Shown one piece after another: positions 9,714 to 20,462 of a stretch of 64,000 nt of DNA. The notes below the pieces were generated by a model. That model ran no database searches. It had not been told where the DNA came from and saw only the letters and a list, made by a program, of their open reading frames with translations. Source of the stretch: Candidatus Latescibacterota bacterium (GTDB lineage: Bacteria > Latescibacterota > UBA2968 > GCA-2709665); the NCBI GenBank assembly GCA_965222075.1, contig OZ244937.1, forward strand, positions 5,248,001-5,312,000, written 5' to 3'. The translations under genes and the position numbers were made by a program. How positions within the stretch are numbered: position 1 is the stretch's first letter; the number at the start of each line of letters is the position of its first letter.

Positions 9714-9805
9714 TGATTTCGTATGAAAATTGTTGCATATAGTTTCAATTCACGGTGTTTCGGTTTTTAACATCTCCAGCGACCTGGGTGTGCAAGGGAT
9801 CTGAG

Positions 9806-11791
9806 ATGAATGGCTTTCAACTGCGGGATCGGACGGACCCCGTGCCGGAGGCGGCCTCCCCGCGGGACGGGCTGACGCTCCGGGCGTTTCTGGTCGGGCT
9901 TGTGCTGTGCGTCTTCCTGGGGCTGGCGCTTACCTATAACCGGATGGTGATCCAGGGCTCTTTTATGGCGGCCTATTTTATGGACCGGGGGGCGCTTTTT
10001 ATTTTTTTCTGCCTTGTCCTGCTCGTCAATCCTGTTCTGGCCTCCCTGAAGCGCCGCTACGCCCTGGGCCGGGGCGAGATGCTGGCGATCTACGTGATGT
10101 TCCTGGTGCTCCTGCCTGCCTGGATGATGACCAAGCCGTTGATCTCCTACCAGACCGGTATGACCTACTACGCTTCTCCGGAGAGGCGCGACCTGGAGGC
10201 GGTGCTGCCCTACAGCCTTCCCTGGCTGGCGCCTGAGAATAACGAAGTGGTGCGGGGACTATACGAGGGGCTGCCGGAGGAGGTCCGCCCGCCCTGGGAG
10301 GCGTGGTTTGTGCCTCTGGTGAGCTGGGGGGTCTTCCTGATGGTGCTGTTCGGGGTGCTGATCTGTCTGGCTGTGATTATGCGGAGGCAGTGGGAGGAGT
10401 ACGAGCGGTTCCCGTTTCCGATTATGCAGGTGCCGCTGGAGATGAGCGAGACGGGGGGGGGGAAGGTCGGGCCGCTGTTCAAGAGCCGGCTGATGTGGGC
10501 GGGGTTTGCGATCCCGTTTCTGATCGGTTCGATCAACGGGCTGCACAACTATTACCATGCGCTGCCATCGATCGATCTGGGGACACAGGTTCGGATTTTC
10601 CGGCAGACGACGCCCCTGCCCTTCAGGCTGCACTTCGCTATTTTAGGATACACTTATTTTGTGGATTTAGACGTGAGTTTGAGCATCTGGCTTTTCAACG
10701 TGATTTCGAGGGTGATCCGTGGGGTTCTTGCCATTTTCGGAGCGGAGTATACCGATGTGTCCGGGATGGTGGGTCGGTTCAGTTCGAGGGGATCGGCGGT
10801 TCTGGCATTGATGGGTATGGGGTATATGCTGGCGCTGGCGGGATACAGCCTCTGGGTGGCCAGAGGGCACCTGAAGGGGGTGTTTACAAAAGCGCTGGGG
10901 AGGCCGTCGCGGGCCGACGATTCGGGAGAGGTGATGTCCTACCGGACGGCGGTGCTCGGGATTGGAGGGGGCACGCTGTACCTGGGATGCTGGCTGTATC
11001 AGGCAGGGATGTCGCCGCCGCTGATCCTGTTCCTGTTTGCCGCCTGTTTTGTGGTGTTCCTGGTGATGGCGCGGATTGTGAGCGAGACGGGGTTTGTGAC
11101 CACGTACTCGCCGATTAATCCGGCAGATTTTGTGGTGTGTGTAACGGGCTCCTCCGCGTTTAGCCCGACCGGCCTGGTGACGTTGGGATTCAGCTATGCA
11201 TGGACGATGACGCGGATGAACAATTTGATGCCGCACGCGCAGGGGGCGTTGCGGCTGACCCGGGAGATCAAGCGGAAGCGGGGACTGGTCTGGGCGATGG
11301 GATCGGCCATGGCCATCGGGCTGATTACCGCAGGTTATATGACCCTGGACCTGGGCTATACGCACGGCGGGCTCAACCTGGACCGGTTCTTTCAGGACTA
11401 TGCGATCATCCCGTTCGACGTGTTCGTGGGACGCCGGCTGTTAGAGCCAAGCCCGATTTACACCAGGGGATTTTACTATACCGGGATAGGGATGGGGATC
11501 GCAGCGCTTCTGATGCTGCTGCGCACCCGGTTTGTGTGGTGGCCGCTGCACCCGGTGGCGCTGCCGCTGAGCACGATCTGGTTTACGGATACGTTCTTTT
11601 TCAGTGTGTTTTTGGCATGGGGGATCAAGGCGGTGGTGTTGAAGTTCGGTGGCGCGAACCTCTACAGGACGACCCGACTCTTTTTTATGGGGATTATTAT
11701 CGGAGAGGTGGTCTGTTCGGGGGTGTGGATTATCGTGGATTATTTTGTGGGGATGTTCGGGACGCTTCGGATGCCGCTTGGGTGTTGTTGA
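9806..11791 (+). CDS. DUF6785/DUF6784 polytopic membrane protein, putative transporter
   Basis: Many TM segments; PPWEAWFVPL, RRQWEEYERFPFP, WWPLHPV and FLAWGIKAVVLKFGG motifs. Confidence 0.8.
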   Translation: MNGFQLRDRTDPVPEAASPRDGLTLRAFLVGLVLCVFLGLALTYNRMVIQGSFMAAYFMDRGALFIFFCLVLLVNPVLASLKRRYALGRGEMLAIYVMFLVLLPAWMMTKPLISYQTGMTYYASPERRDLEAVLPYSLPWLAPENNEVVRGLYEGLPEEVRPPWEAWFVPLVSWGVFLMVLFGVLICLAVIMRRQWEEYERFPFPIMQVPLEMSETGGGKVGPLFKSRLMWAGFAIPFLIGSINGLHNYYHALPSIDLGTQVRIFRQTTPLPFRLHFAILGYTYFVDLDVSLSIWLFNVISRVIRGVLAIFGAEYTDVSGMVGRFSSRGSAVLALMGMGYMLALAGYSLWVARGHLKGVFTKALGRPSRADDSGEVMSYRTAVLGIGGGTLYLGCWLYQAGMSPPLILFLFAACFVVFLVMARIVSETGFVTTYSPINPADFVVCVTGSSAFSPTGLVTLGFSYAWTMTRMNNLMPHAQGALRLTREIKRKRGLVWAMGSAMAIGLITAGYMTLDLGYTHGGLNLDRFFQDYAIIPFDVFVGRRLLEPSPIYTRGFYYTGIGMGIAALLMLLRTRFVWWPLHPVALPLSTIWFTDTFFFSVFLAWGIKAVVLKFGGANLYRTTRLFFMGIIIGEVVCSGVWIIVDYFVGMFGTLRMPLGCC

Positions 11792-11828
11792 TCTTTTCTT
11801 TTGCCGCGGAGGACGCGGAGGGGTTAAA

Positions 11829-13121
11829 ATGAAAACGGTTGAACCTGCTGCGGTGTGGGATGTCCGGCCCTGGGGGTGCCCGGCTTTTAGGGTTGGTGAC
11901 TTTAACGGGGACGGCAGGAACGAGGTGCTGTTTGTTCAGACGGCCGGGGCGCACGCCAACGAGGCGTTTGATCCGCGCTTTCCGGAGGTTCAGGGGTACA
12001 AGACGGGGGTTGAAGACCAGGAGCTGTTCTGTTTGACACTGACGGATGGGGAGGGGAATATCCTGTGGCAGGTGGGAGAGCCGTGGGCGCTGGAGCGGCC
12101 CTTTTCGTGGAATGGGAGCAATTTTTGTGAGGTTGTGGACTTAGACGGAGATGGACAGGTGGAGGTTATGTTTGTCCACAAGGCCGAGTTGATGGTCTAC
12201 AAGGGGGCGACCGGTGCGCTTTGCCGGCACCATAAGCTGCCTCATTCGGGTTTTTATTTTGCCCGGGCGGTTAAGACCGATCACTCGGGCCGGTATCACA
12301 TTTTCACAAAGAGTGTGACAACGTCGGCCACGCACAGCTACGGGAATCCCAGTCTGTTGCTGGACCACGATTTCAATGTGGTGTGGGAGCAGGAGGTGGA
12401 GGGGGCCGGACATGGGGGCGACACTGCCGATGTGGACGGGGACGGGCTGGACGAGCTGCTGATTGGGTTCAGTCTGTTCGACCACGACGGCACGCCGCTG
12501 TGGTCCCATTCGCCGATGTCGGAGAACGATCATTTAGACGATTCCGTGATTGCGGATATCGACGGGGACGGGCGCTTCGAGTTCGCCCTGGCGCACGACG
12601 GGCACGATGCGGTTGTGCACAATGCGGATGGGACGGAGCGGTTCCGCGTTGCGATGCACCATTGTCAGAATATTTGGTCGGGGGAGTTTTTCGAGGCCGA
12701 ACCGGGGCTGCAGCTGGCGTTTGTTGACAAGGCGATCGGGAAGGCGGAGGACCGGGCGGCGGCGGTTGTGAGCGCAGACGGGCGGGAGCTGTCCCGGCAT
12801 CGGACGATGGGTTACTATTCGGTAATCGGCTGGCCGACCGACCTGGGGACGCAGAGCCTGATCCGTTTGGAGTGGCCGGTTGAACCCGACGCGGACCGCC
12901 GCGTGCTGTGGGTGGATCCCACCGGCCGGGAGCTGGCGCGGCTGAAGGTGCGGGAGAATTTTTACGATCGGTTCCGGAAGTACGGGCTGGATACCTTCCC
13001 CGGAAGGGGCCGCTACTTCGGGACGTGCCATACGGCCGCGGTGGGGGACCTGGACGGGGATGGCCGCGACGAGTTCCTGGTTACGGATCGGGAGAGGGTA
13101 TGGATTTTCCAGCAGCCATGA
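11829..13121 (+). CDS. FG-GAP / PL11 rhamnogalacturonan-lyase-like beta-propeller protein
   Basis: Multiple DxDGDGxxE Ca-binding motifs; close paralog at 34895-36169. Confidence 0.7.
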   Translation: MKTVEPAAVWDVRPWGCPAFRVGDFNGDGRNEVLFVQTAGAHANEAFDPRFPEVQGYKTGVEDQELFCLTLTDGEGNILWQVGEPWALERPFSWNGSNFCEVVDLDGDGQVEVMFVHKAELMVYKGATGALCRHHKLPHSGFYFARAVKTDHSGRYHIFTKSVTTSATHSYGNPSLLLDHDFNVVWEQEVEGAGHGGDTADVDGDGLDELLIGFSLFDHDGTPLWSHSPMSENDHLDDSVIADIDGDGRFEFALAHDGHDAVVHNADGTERFRVAMHHCQNIWSGEFFEAEPGLQLAFVDKAIGKAEDRAAAVVSADGRELSRHRTMGYYSVIGWPTDLGTQSLIRLEWPVEPDADRRVLWVDPTGRELARLKVRENFYDRFRKYGLDTFPGRGRYFGTCHTAAVGDLDGDGRDEFLVTDRERVWIFQQP

Positions 13122-13131
13122 GGAGGCGACT

Positions 13132-13803
13132 ATGGGGCAGGAGGAGGTTCTGTTTCAGGAGCCATTCACAAATCTGGACCACTGGCATTTAGAGGGGAGC
13201 AAGACGGTGTCCATTTCGGAACCGGGGACGATGCGGCTGGAGTGTATTGGGAGCCAACAGGGGAGCGTGGGGTGCCACGCGTTTTGCCGGGAGGATTTTG
13301 CGGATGGGATCGCGGTTGAGTACGATTTGCTCGTGCGCGAGAGCAACGGTCTGGTGATTACGTTTGTGGCGATACGAGGGTTGAACGGGGAGGATATGAT
13401 CCAGGATCTGCCTGCCCGGGAGGGGGTGTTCAGGGATTATGTGGGGGAGGATGCGCTTCTGCGGTCCTACCATACCTCGGTGAGCCGGTACAATGACAAG
13501 GGAGAACACACGGGGGTGAGCAACTGGCGGCGGAATCCGGGGCTACACCTGGTGGGGCAGGGAGAGGATCTGTGCGAGGAGATCGGCCGCAGGTACGCGA
13601 TTCGGATCGAGAAGGACGGTGGGCGCTGCGCGCAGTTCGTGGACGGGAAGGCCGGGCCTGCGTTTACCGATCCGGATGAACTGCCCGACGAGATTCCTTC
13701 GTCCGGGAGGGTGGGGTTCCGGGCGATCGGGTCGCGGGTGATCGCCGATGTTTCCAATTTCAGGGTGCTGCGTCTGGCAGGAGGGACGGCCGGTGAAGGG
13801 TGA
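13132..13803 (+). CDS. DUF1961 (YesU-like) protein
   Basis: WHLEG, YHTSVSR, RRNPG and GRVGFR motifs. Confidence 0.7.
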   Translation: MGQEEVLFQEPFTNLDHWHLEGSKTVSISEPGTMRLECIGSQQGSVGCHAFCREDFADGIAVEYDLLVRESNGLVITFVAIRGLNGEDMIQDLPAREGVFRDYVGEDALLRSYHTSVSRYNDKGEHTGVSNWRRNPGLHLVGQGEDLCEEIGRRYAIRIEKDGGRCAQFVDGKAGPAFTDPDELPDEIPSSGRVGFRAIGSRVIADVSNFRVLRLAGGTAGEG

Positions 13804-15211
13804 GGCGATTCTGGAGAAGGTCTGTGGTTCGATTGACGTGTTGGTGGAGGCGGGGAAGGCATACGAGGGGTTGTTTCCTTCGTTGCTGGATCTGGAGACG
13901 CACGAGATGTTAAAGGAACTGCCTCCGCCGATTGAGGGGCAGCGGATGCACGACCGGGCGCACCCGGGATGCAACCCGATGCACGACCACCCCACGCTGA
14001 AGGCGATGTACGGGTTGAGCCGGGCGCTGGACCGGGTCGATTATTCGGAGGCGGCGGACCGGTACTTGCGCCGGTTTGCGACCCACTGTACGGAGACGGT
14101 TACGGGCCTGTTCCCGTGGGGAGAGCACGCGTTTTGGGATTTTGAGAAGGATTGCGTGGGAGACAGCCATCGGTTCGGCGATCCCGCGGTGATGGCAAAC
14201 CAGCACTGGGACGGCACCGCGCTGCACGACCATTTGCGGCAGGCGCCGGTGTGGCTGTGGGAGAAGCTGTATGAATTCAACCCCCAATGTGTCGAGCGGT
14301 TTGCCGAGGGACTGGATTACCACTACAAGGCGGTGGAGCCGCGCCGGTATATGCGCCATGCCTATATCGAGGTGAAGGCTCGCCACAAACCCTGGCCGAG
14401 GTCCCAGGACTATCCGCGGCACGGGGGGTTCTACATCTTAGACTGGGGCTGCGCGTATGTCAAAACGGGTCGTGAGGACTTTTTGAGGCAGATCGACGAG
14501 ATGGTGGATTATGCATGGCCGCGACGAGAAGGGGGTGCTTCTGCAGCACGTTGTGCCCGAGGATGCGCACGATTACAATGTGAACGCGGTGGCGCAGACT
14601 CTGTCGTTGGCCGCAAGCCTGCTGGAGTCCGCGGTTCTGCTGGAGGATCGGGAGCCGGGGCTGGCGCAGCGGATGCGGGAGCGGGCCGGGGTGTACATCG
14701 GGGGATTCCTGGGGGCGCCGCACGACCTGAATAACTTTATTGTGAGTACCGTCAGGCGAGGGACCGGCGAGCCTCTGGGGAATGCGCCGATCTGGGGCAG
14801 CGTGTACGGGCTGTGGCCTGCGGCATACGTGGCGCTGATGTGCCTGTGCGCTTACCGGCTGGCGGAGGACGAAAGGCTGCGTGTGTGGGCGGAAGGCGTG
14901 GGGCGTTGCTATATGAAAACGGCGTTTCCCGAAGGGGTCGCCATACCCGCGATGGACCCCGGTTTGGGAATCGAGCTGCTGGGGGATCTCTACGATCTGA
15001 CCGGCGATGTCTCCTGAAAGGGGGATTGACGCTGGCGGAGCAGATGATCGGGATCTATATGGACGGAACGCTGGTGCGCGGGGCAGCGGGCATTGACTGG
15101 TATGAGTCTCAGATGGTGCCAGGGGATCTGTTGCACGGGCTGGCCAGGCTGGCGCTGGTTGCTGTTGATCAGGAAAATTGTCCGATGGAGGCGAATTATT
15201 CGGGCAGGTAA
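13793..15211 (+). pseudogene. Doubly frameshifted paralog of 15368-16777
   Basis: Three ORF pieces align collinearly with the intact copy; small deletions near 14521 (~5 bp) and 15015 (~4-5 bp). Confidence 0.85.
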
Positions 15212-15250
15212 ACGCCTGGTTAACCTGAAAAATTGAAAACCGTCACATAA

Positions 15251-15299
15251 ATTCGAGTATGAAGGCAAGTTATTCGAGTATGAAGGCAAGTTATTCGAG
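15251..15299 (+). repeat. 21-bp tandem repeat, about 2.3 copies
   Basis: ATTCGAGTATGAAGGCAAGTT twice, plus ATTCGAG. Confidence 0.9.
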
Positions 15300-15367
15300 G
15301 GGATTTGCGACCTTCAAATTGTCCAAAGCGCTGGTATGAATGGTTCAGATTGAAAGAAAGGGAATCT

Positions 15368-16777
15368 ATGACTCCTGAAGCGATTCTGGAGAAGGTTTGC
15401 GATTCGATCGACGTGTTGGTGGAGGCGGGGAAGGCATACGAGGGGTTGTTTCCTTCGTTGCTGGATCTGGAGACGCATGAGATGTTAAAGGAACTGCCTC
15501 CGCCGATTGAGGGGCAGCGGATGGGAGACCGCGCCTTTTTGGGAAGCAATCTGATGCACGACCAGCATGTGCTCAAGACCATGTATGCGCTGGACCGGAG
15601 AGGCTATAAGGAAGCGGCGGACCGGTACTTGCGCCGGTTTGCGACCCACTGTACGGAGACGGTTACGGGCCTGTTCCCGTGGGGAGAGCACGCATACTGG
15701 CACCTGGAAGAGGACCGGGTGGGGGACAGCCACCGCCTGGGCAGTCCCGAGAAGGAGCCGGGCACCACGCTGCACGACCATTTGCGGCAGGCGCCGGTGT
15801 GGCTGTGGGAGAAGCTGTATGAATTCAACCCCCAATGTGTCGAGCGGTTTGCCGAGGGGCTGGACTACCACTACAAGGAGGGGGAGCCGAGGGAGTATAT
15901 CCGGCATGCCCACATCGAGCGGAAGGCGCGGCTCGAACGGGGGCCGAAGTCTGCGGATTTTCCGCGTCACGGGGGATTTTACATTCTGGACTGGTCGTTT
16001 GCCTATGTGAAGACGGGGCGCGAGGATTTTCTGAGACAGATTGAGATTATGGTGGATTACTGGTGGCCGCACCGGGACGAGAAGGGCCTGTTGCTGGTTC
16101 ATACGCAGTGCCCTGAAGAGGTTGCGCACCAGTACAATGTGAACACCATGTCACAGACGGTTTCCCTGGCGGCCAGCTTGCTGGAGTCGGCGGTTCTGCT
16201 CGACGGAAGTGCGCCGGAACTGGTCGATCGGATGCGGGAGCGGGGTGGGGTCTATACCGGCGGTTTTCTGGCGGCGCCGCACAATCCGGAGGCAGGCGTT
16301 TTTGTGTATGCATGCCAGCGTCGGACGGATGAGATCTTGAGTACGATGTCCATCTGGGGCAGCGAGTACGGCCAGTGGCCGGTGGCTTATGTGGCTTTGA
16401 TCGCCCTGTGTATTTATCGGTTGACGGAAGATGAACGGCTGCTGAGCTGGGCAGAAGGTGCGGGGCGCTGGTATTTGAAAACCCCCTTCCCGGAAGGGGT
16501 TTCGGTTCCGGCGATGGACGCTGGGCTGGGCGTCGAGCTGCTGGCGGACCTTTACGATCTGACCGGCGACGCTTCCTGGTTGGAACGGGGATTTGAACTG
16601 ACAGAGACGCTGATCTCCATTTATATGGACGGGGATCTGATACGGGGCGCGGCGGGCATCGACTGGTACGAGTCTCAGATGGTGCCGGGGGACCTGCTGC
16701 ACGGGTTGGCCAGGCTGGCGCTGTTGGCCCTGGACCGGGATGGATGTCCGCTGAGGACGAATTATACCGCAAAGTGA
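15368..16777 (+). CDS. Uncharacterised helical-barrel-type enzyme, possibly glycan lyase/epimerase-like
   Basis: TGLFPWGEH and DFPRHGGF motifs, helical repeats, no signal peptide; fold is inferred. Confidence 0.55.
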   Translation: MTPEAILEKVCDSIDVLVEAGKAYEGLFPSLLDLETHEMLKELPPPIEGQRMGDRAFLGSNLMHDQHVLKTMYALDRRGYKEAADRYLRRFATHCTETVTGLFPWGEHAYWHLEEDRVGDSHRLGSPEKEPGTTLHDHLRQAPVWLWEKLYEFNPQCVERFAEGLDYHYKEGEPREYIRHAHIERKARLERGPKSADFPRHGGFYILDWSFAYVKTGREDFLRQIEIMVDYWWPHRDEKGLLLVHTQCPEEVAHQYNVNTMSQTVSLAASLLESAVLLDGSAPELVDRMRERGGVYTGGFLAAPHNPEAGVFVYACQRRTDEILSTMSIWGSEYGQWPVAYVALIALCIYRLTEDERLLSWAEGAGRWYLKTPFPEGVSVPAMDAGLGVELLADLYDLTGDASWLERGFELTETLISIYMDGDLIRGAAGIDWYESQMVPGDLLHGLARLALLALDRDGCPLRTNYTAK

Positions 16778-16791
16778 GGCGTGAAGTGAGC

Positions 16792-17835
16792 ATGAAGACG
16801 TTCAAACTGTGGGCGGGAGGGGATGCGCATGTGGGTACGGATCTGGCGCGAGACAACCGCCGGAGTCTGGCGGAGGCGATCCTGCAGGCGGAACAGGGCG
16901 GCGCCGGGGGTGGACCTCCGTTCGAGTGGGATATTATGCTGGATATCGGGGATCTGTCGGGGTCGCAGACGCCGCCCGAGGACGAGGAAGGGGAAGAGGT
17001 GGTCAGGCAGTACAGCGTATCGACCAGACACCCCCGGGAAGATTTCTACAATATCGTGGGCAACCACGACGCCAGCGGCCCGGACGAGCCGTGCCAGTGG
17101 TGGTTCCGAAAATGGGTGGACCCCACCGGGAAGAATACCGAATATTCCGGAGTTCACGCCGACCGACGGCCGTATCCGGTCGAGGGGAGCTGGGAGCGGT
17201 ATTCGTTTCAGGTAGGGAATATCCTGTTTCTGGCGATGGGGGACCGCAACGACGGGGGGCCTCCGGTGGGTCGGGGCGAGAGGGGAGGATTTCCTGCAGG
17301 GGCGGTGACACTGGAGACGTTCGAGTGGTGGAAAGAGAAGGTGGAGGCGCATCAGGATAAGATTATTGTGACGGCGCACCACCACATGTTGAAGGAGACG
17401 ACGGTGGCGTCGGGCCCCTGGGAGGGGGTGGACGGAGGGTATCACGGCCGGTTTGAGGACGGGGCGCCGATTGGCGCATCTTACGTCTATTTTGTGGGGG
17501 GAGAGCCAGATACGGGGGCGTTCGAGTCGTATTTGGAAGCGCATCCGGGCGCGATCGATTTATGGCTGGGGGGACATACGCATACGAATCCGGACGATAC
17601 GCACGGTGGACGGTCTCACGTGGAGCAAAAGTGGGGGGTGACGTTTATCAATGTGGCGGCGATTTCGAGGTATCACGGCAAGAAGAATATTTCGATGAGC
17701 CGGCTGTTGACGTTTACGGAGGGGAAGGAGGAGGTGAATGTGAGGTGCTACCTCCACATGAGCGATTATGCGCCTCAGGGGTGGTACGATAAGGCGGAGC
17801 GGACGGTGCCGCTGCGGATGGCCTTTTCATTATGA
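16792..17835 (+). CDS. Calcineurin-like metallophosphoesterase
   Basis: DAH, GD, GNHD, HHH and GHTH motifs. Confidence 0.85.
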   Translation: MKTFKLWAGGDAHVGTDLARDNRRSLAEAILQAEQGGAGGGPPFEWDIMLDIGDLSGSQTPPEDEEGEEVVRQYSVSTRHPREDFYNIVGNHDASGPDEPCQWWFRKWVDPTGKNTEYSGVHADRRPYPVEGSWERYSFQVGNILFLAMGDRNDGGPPVGRGERGGFPAGAVTLETFEWWKEKVEAHQDKIIVTAHHHMLKETTVASGPWEGVDGGYHGRFEDGAPIGASYVYFVGGEPDTGAFESYLEAHPGAIDLWLGGHTHTNPDDTHGGRSHVEQKWGVTFINVAAISRYHGKKNISMSRLLTFTEGKEEVNVRCYLHMSDYAPQGWYDKAERTVPLRMAFSL

Positions 17836-19487
17836 ACGGCTCCCACCGCTTTATCCTGCTGGTCGATCTCCACCTGTCGGACTATTCACACACAGCGGCC
17901 TGGCACGCACTGCAGTGGGCTGTAGACTGCATCAACCGGGAGAAGCCGGACTTTCTGGCCGTGGGCGGAGATATAACGACTTTTGCTACGGCCGGGTCGA
18001 CTGTCCGATGCCTGGAGGCCTTCGAGCGGGTTGAGGTTCCCGTGTTCTTCACGCCGGGCAATGCGGAACTGCGCAGGCCGGACGCGCTGCCGTTGCTGAG
18101 AGACCTGCTTGCGCCCGAACGGCGGTTTACCGTGCGGGAGGATCTGCTGGTTCTTTTTCCCGATACGTCGACCGGAACGCTGTCCGGGGATGAGCGGGCA
18201 TGGTTAAACCGGGTTGTCGATTCTTCCGGCGTCGAGCGGCGGATCGTGATTACCCACTATCCGCCGGATAGGATGGATGAGGAGGCCCGGGCGTGGCTGA
18301 CGCGGTGGCTTTCACGGCATCGCGTGGAACTCCTCGCAGTGGGGCACAGCCACTTTCACCGGACGCGGCACGTCAACGGGTGTCTGGAGGTTGTCGTTCG
18401 GGGATTGGACCCGGACAAAGCGGTGGGAGACATGCCTGGAATCAGCATGTTTGAGAGTTCGAAACCGGGCGAATGGTCCGAGCGGTTCATTCCCTGGTCC
18501 CCCGCCATCCGATTGCTGCCGACAGACCTTCCGGATGGTGTTTCACCGGTGGGCTGGTCGATCCACGGCGATCCTGTGGACGCTGCCAGGGAGACCCTGA
18601 GTTTCGGGCTGGCCTGCCTGGAGCTCCGCCCGAGGGAGCTGGACTTTTCCCGGAAGGCGCTTGCAGGGGCGCTTCAAGCGCTACGAGATCGAGGTTCTCT
18701 TTTTCTCTCCTACCACCTGCCGAATCTGACGTGGAATGCGGAAGCCGGCCGGATCGAGAGGGAAGAGGCGGTCCGGGCGAACCTGGACTGCGCATTAGAA
18801 GCGGGTGTGGACAGCCTGACCGTACACGTTCCCCGCGCACGGACCTGCGAGATGGAGCGGTTGGAGGGGGACACACCACAGCCTACCGAATGTTATCAGG
18901 CGTTTGAGGAGGTCTACGCCCGGCTCTTCCGGGAGCCCGCCCGTTCGGGCGTCCGAATTGCCATTGAGAATATTCACAATCCGCAAGGGACGCCGGCGGA
19001 TTCGCCGGATCTGGAGTTTGCGACCCGGATCGACGAATACCTCCGCTGGATCGATGCGGTAGACCGGGGGATGGCCGATATTCCGAATGCGACCGTGGGC
19101 GCCCTGCTGGATGTGGGGCACGCGCGGAACAACGGGGGTGACTTAAATAACATGCAGCCTGTGGGGGACTGGTACGCCCGTCTCGGGCGGCGCGTCTTGG
19201 GGTATCACATCCATCAGGTGGATACCGATCCCGACACAGGCAGGCTTTCCAATCACCGGGAGATTCCCGGGTTTTTCAGCAGGCGGATTTCCTACGCAGG
19301 TTTTCTCTGGGCATGGTCCGCGCACCAGATTACCCGTGCCCCTCTGTTCATAGAGGTCCGGGATGACGAGGGTCGACGGAATACGGTGCGGCGTTTCAAG
19401 CAGCTTTTTGAGAATGCGCATCGCATCAGGGAGGCGGTGGAGCTGCCGGATAGGGGTGAGGGCGAAGTACGGAGAAGTCGGTTATGA
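17832..19487 (+). CDS. Metallophosphoesterase fused to a xylose-isomerase/AP-endonuclease-2 TIM barrel
   Basis: N-terminal DLH, GGD, PGNAE, GHSH; C-terminal YHLP, AIENIH, LDVGH, YHIH, FIE. Confidence 0.75.
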   Translation: MNGSHRFILLVDLHLSDYSHTAAWHALQWAVDCINREKPDFLAVGGDITTFATAGSTVRCLEAFERVEVPVFFTPGNAELRRPDALPLLRDLLAPERRFTVREDLLVLFPDTSTGTLSGDERAWLNRVVDSSGVERRIVITHYPPDRMDEEARAWLTRWLSRHRVELLAVGHSHFHRTRHVNGCLEVVVRGLDPDKAVGDMPGISMFESSKPGEWSERFIPWSPAIRLLPTDLPDGVSPVGWSIHGDPVDAARETLSFGLACLELRPRELDFSRKALAGALQALRDRGSLFLSYHLPNLTWNAEAGRIEREEAVRANLDCALEAGVDSLTVHVPRARTCEMERLEGDTPQPTECYQAFEEVYARLFREPARSGVRIAIENIHNPQGTPADSPDLEFATRIDEYLRWIDAVDRGMADIPNATVGALLDVGHARNNGGDLNNMQPVGDWYARLGRRVLGYHIHQVDTDPDTGRLSNHREIPGFFSRRISYAGFLWAWSAHQITRAPLFIEVRDDEGRRNTVRRFKQLFENAHRIREAVELPDRGEGEVRRSRL

Positions 19488-20446
19488 CATTTGAAATTGA
19501 AGGGCGGGACAAACAGGGGCCGATCCGGCTGCGGATTGAGGCCGACAATCCGTTTGCGGGAGGAGGACGCTGGGTTCGGGGTGGGCTTCACAGTCACGTG
19601 GCGCAGATGGGGGACCCCGAAGCGGTTTGCGCGCACTACCGGACGCTGGGGTTCGATTTTCTGGCGGCTACGGATTATCTGAGCATTACCCCACTGCCCG
19701 AGGCCACGGAGGCGTTTGTGACGCTGCCGGGGGCTGAGATTTTCTGCCCGGGGCAGGATGACTTGACGCATATTATCTGCCTGGGGCTGAAGGCGCTTCC
19801 CCGGCCGCTGGACGACACGCTGGAGGATGTTCCACGGCTGGTACGGGAGACGGAGGCGCAAGGGGGGGTGGCGGTGCTTGCGCATCCGGCATGGAGCGAC
19901 TACTCCTGGGAGAAGGCGTACGCGCTGGCGCGGTCCGGTGTCGTGGGATTTGAGGTGAGCAATCGGCTGACCTGGCAGATCAACGGGAAGGAGCGGTCTG
20001 AAGAACTCTGGCAGATGCTGCTGAATGCGGAGGTCCGGCTGGCTGCGATCGGCGTGGACGATGCGATTGTGCTGGACGACGGGGCGGTGACGGGCCGGAC
20101 CTGGACGGGGGTGCTGGTTCGGCGCCCCGGCGTGGAGGGGATATTGGAGGGGATTCGGGCGCACCGTACCTATGCGAGCGAGGGGCCGGAGATTCAGGAT
20201 ATTCGCATCGAGACACGGGGCGCGGTCGTGGTGGAATGCAGTCCATGCGTTGCCTGTCACGTCCGGTCGCGTGGGTTTGGGGTGCGCAGCGTGCAGGCGG
20301 AGTTGCCGTCGCAGCAGTTCGAGGTGGACCTTGCGGTGGACGGCTACCGCGTGCGAGACTGGATATTTGTGTGCGTGGAAGACGGGAACGGGCGCCGGGC
20401 GTGGTCCAGCTCCATTCCTGTCCGCGTTGATATAACACCCTTATAA
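19484..20446 (+). CDS. PHP-domain (CehA/McbA-like) metallohydrolase
   Basis: GGLHSH, AATD, AHP, FEVSN, TYASEGP and RAWS motifs. Confidence 0.75.
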   Translation: MTFEIEGRDKQGPIRLRIEADNPFAGGGRWVRGGLHSHVAQMGDPEAVCAHYRTLGFDFLAATDYLSITPLPEATEAFVTLPGAEIFCPGQDDLTHIICLGLKALPRPLDDTLEDVPRLVRETEAQGGVAVLAHPAWSDYSWEKAYALARSGVVGFEVSNRLTWQINGKERSEELWQMLLNAEVRLAAIGVDDAIVLDDGAVTGRTWTGVLVRRPGVEGILEGIRAHRTYASEGPEIQDIRIETRGAVVVECSPCVACHVRSRGFGVRSVQAELPSQQFEVDLAVDGYRVRDWIFVCVEDGNGRRAWSSSIPVRVDITPL

Positions 20447-20462
20447 GCAGGGGGGAAGCAGG

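Noticed and set aside
15251-15299. 21-bp repeats as a mini-CRISPR
   Set aside because: Contiguous tandem copies with no spacers and no cas genes.
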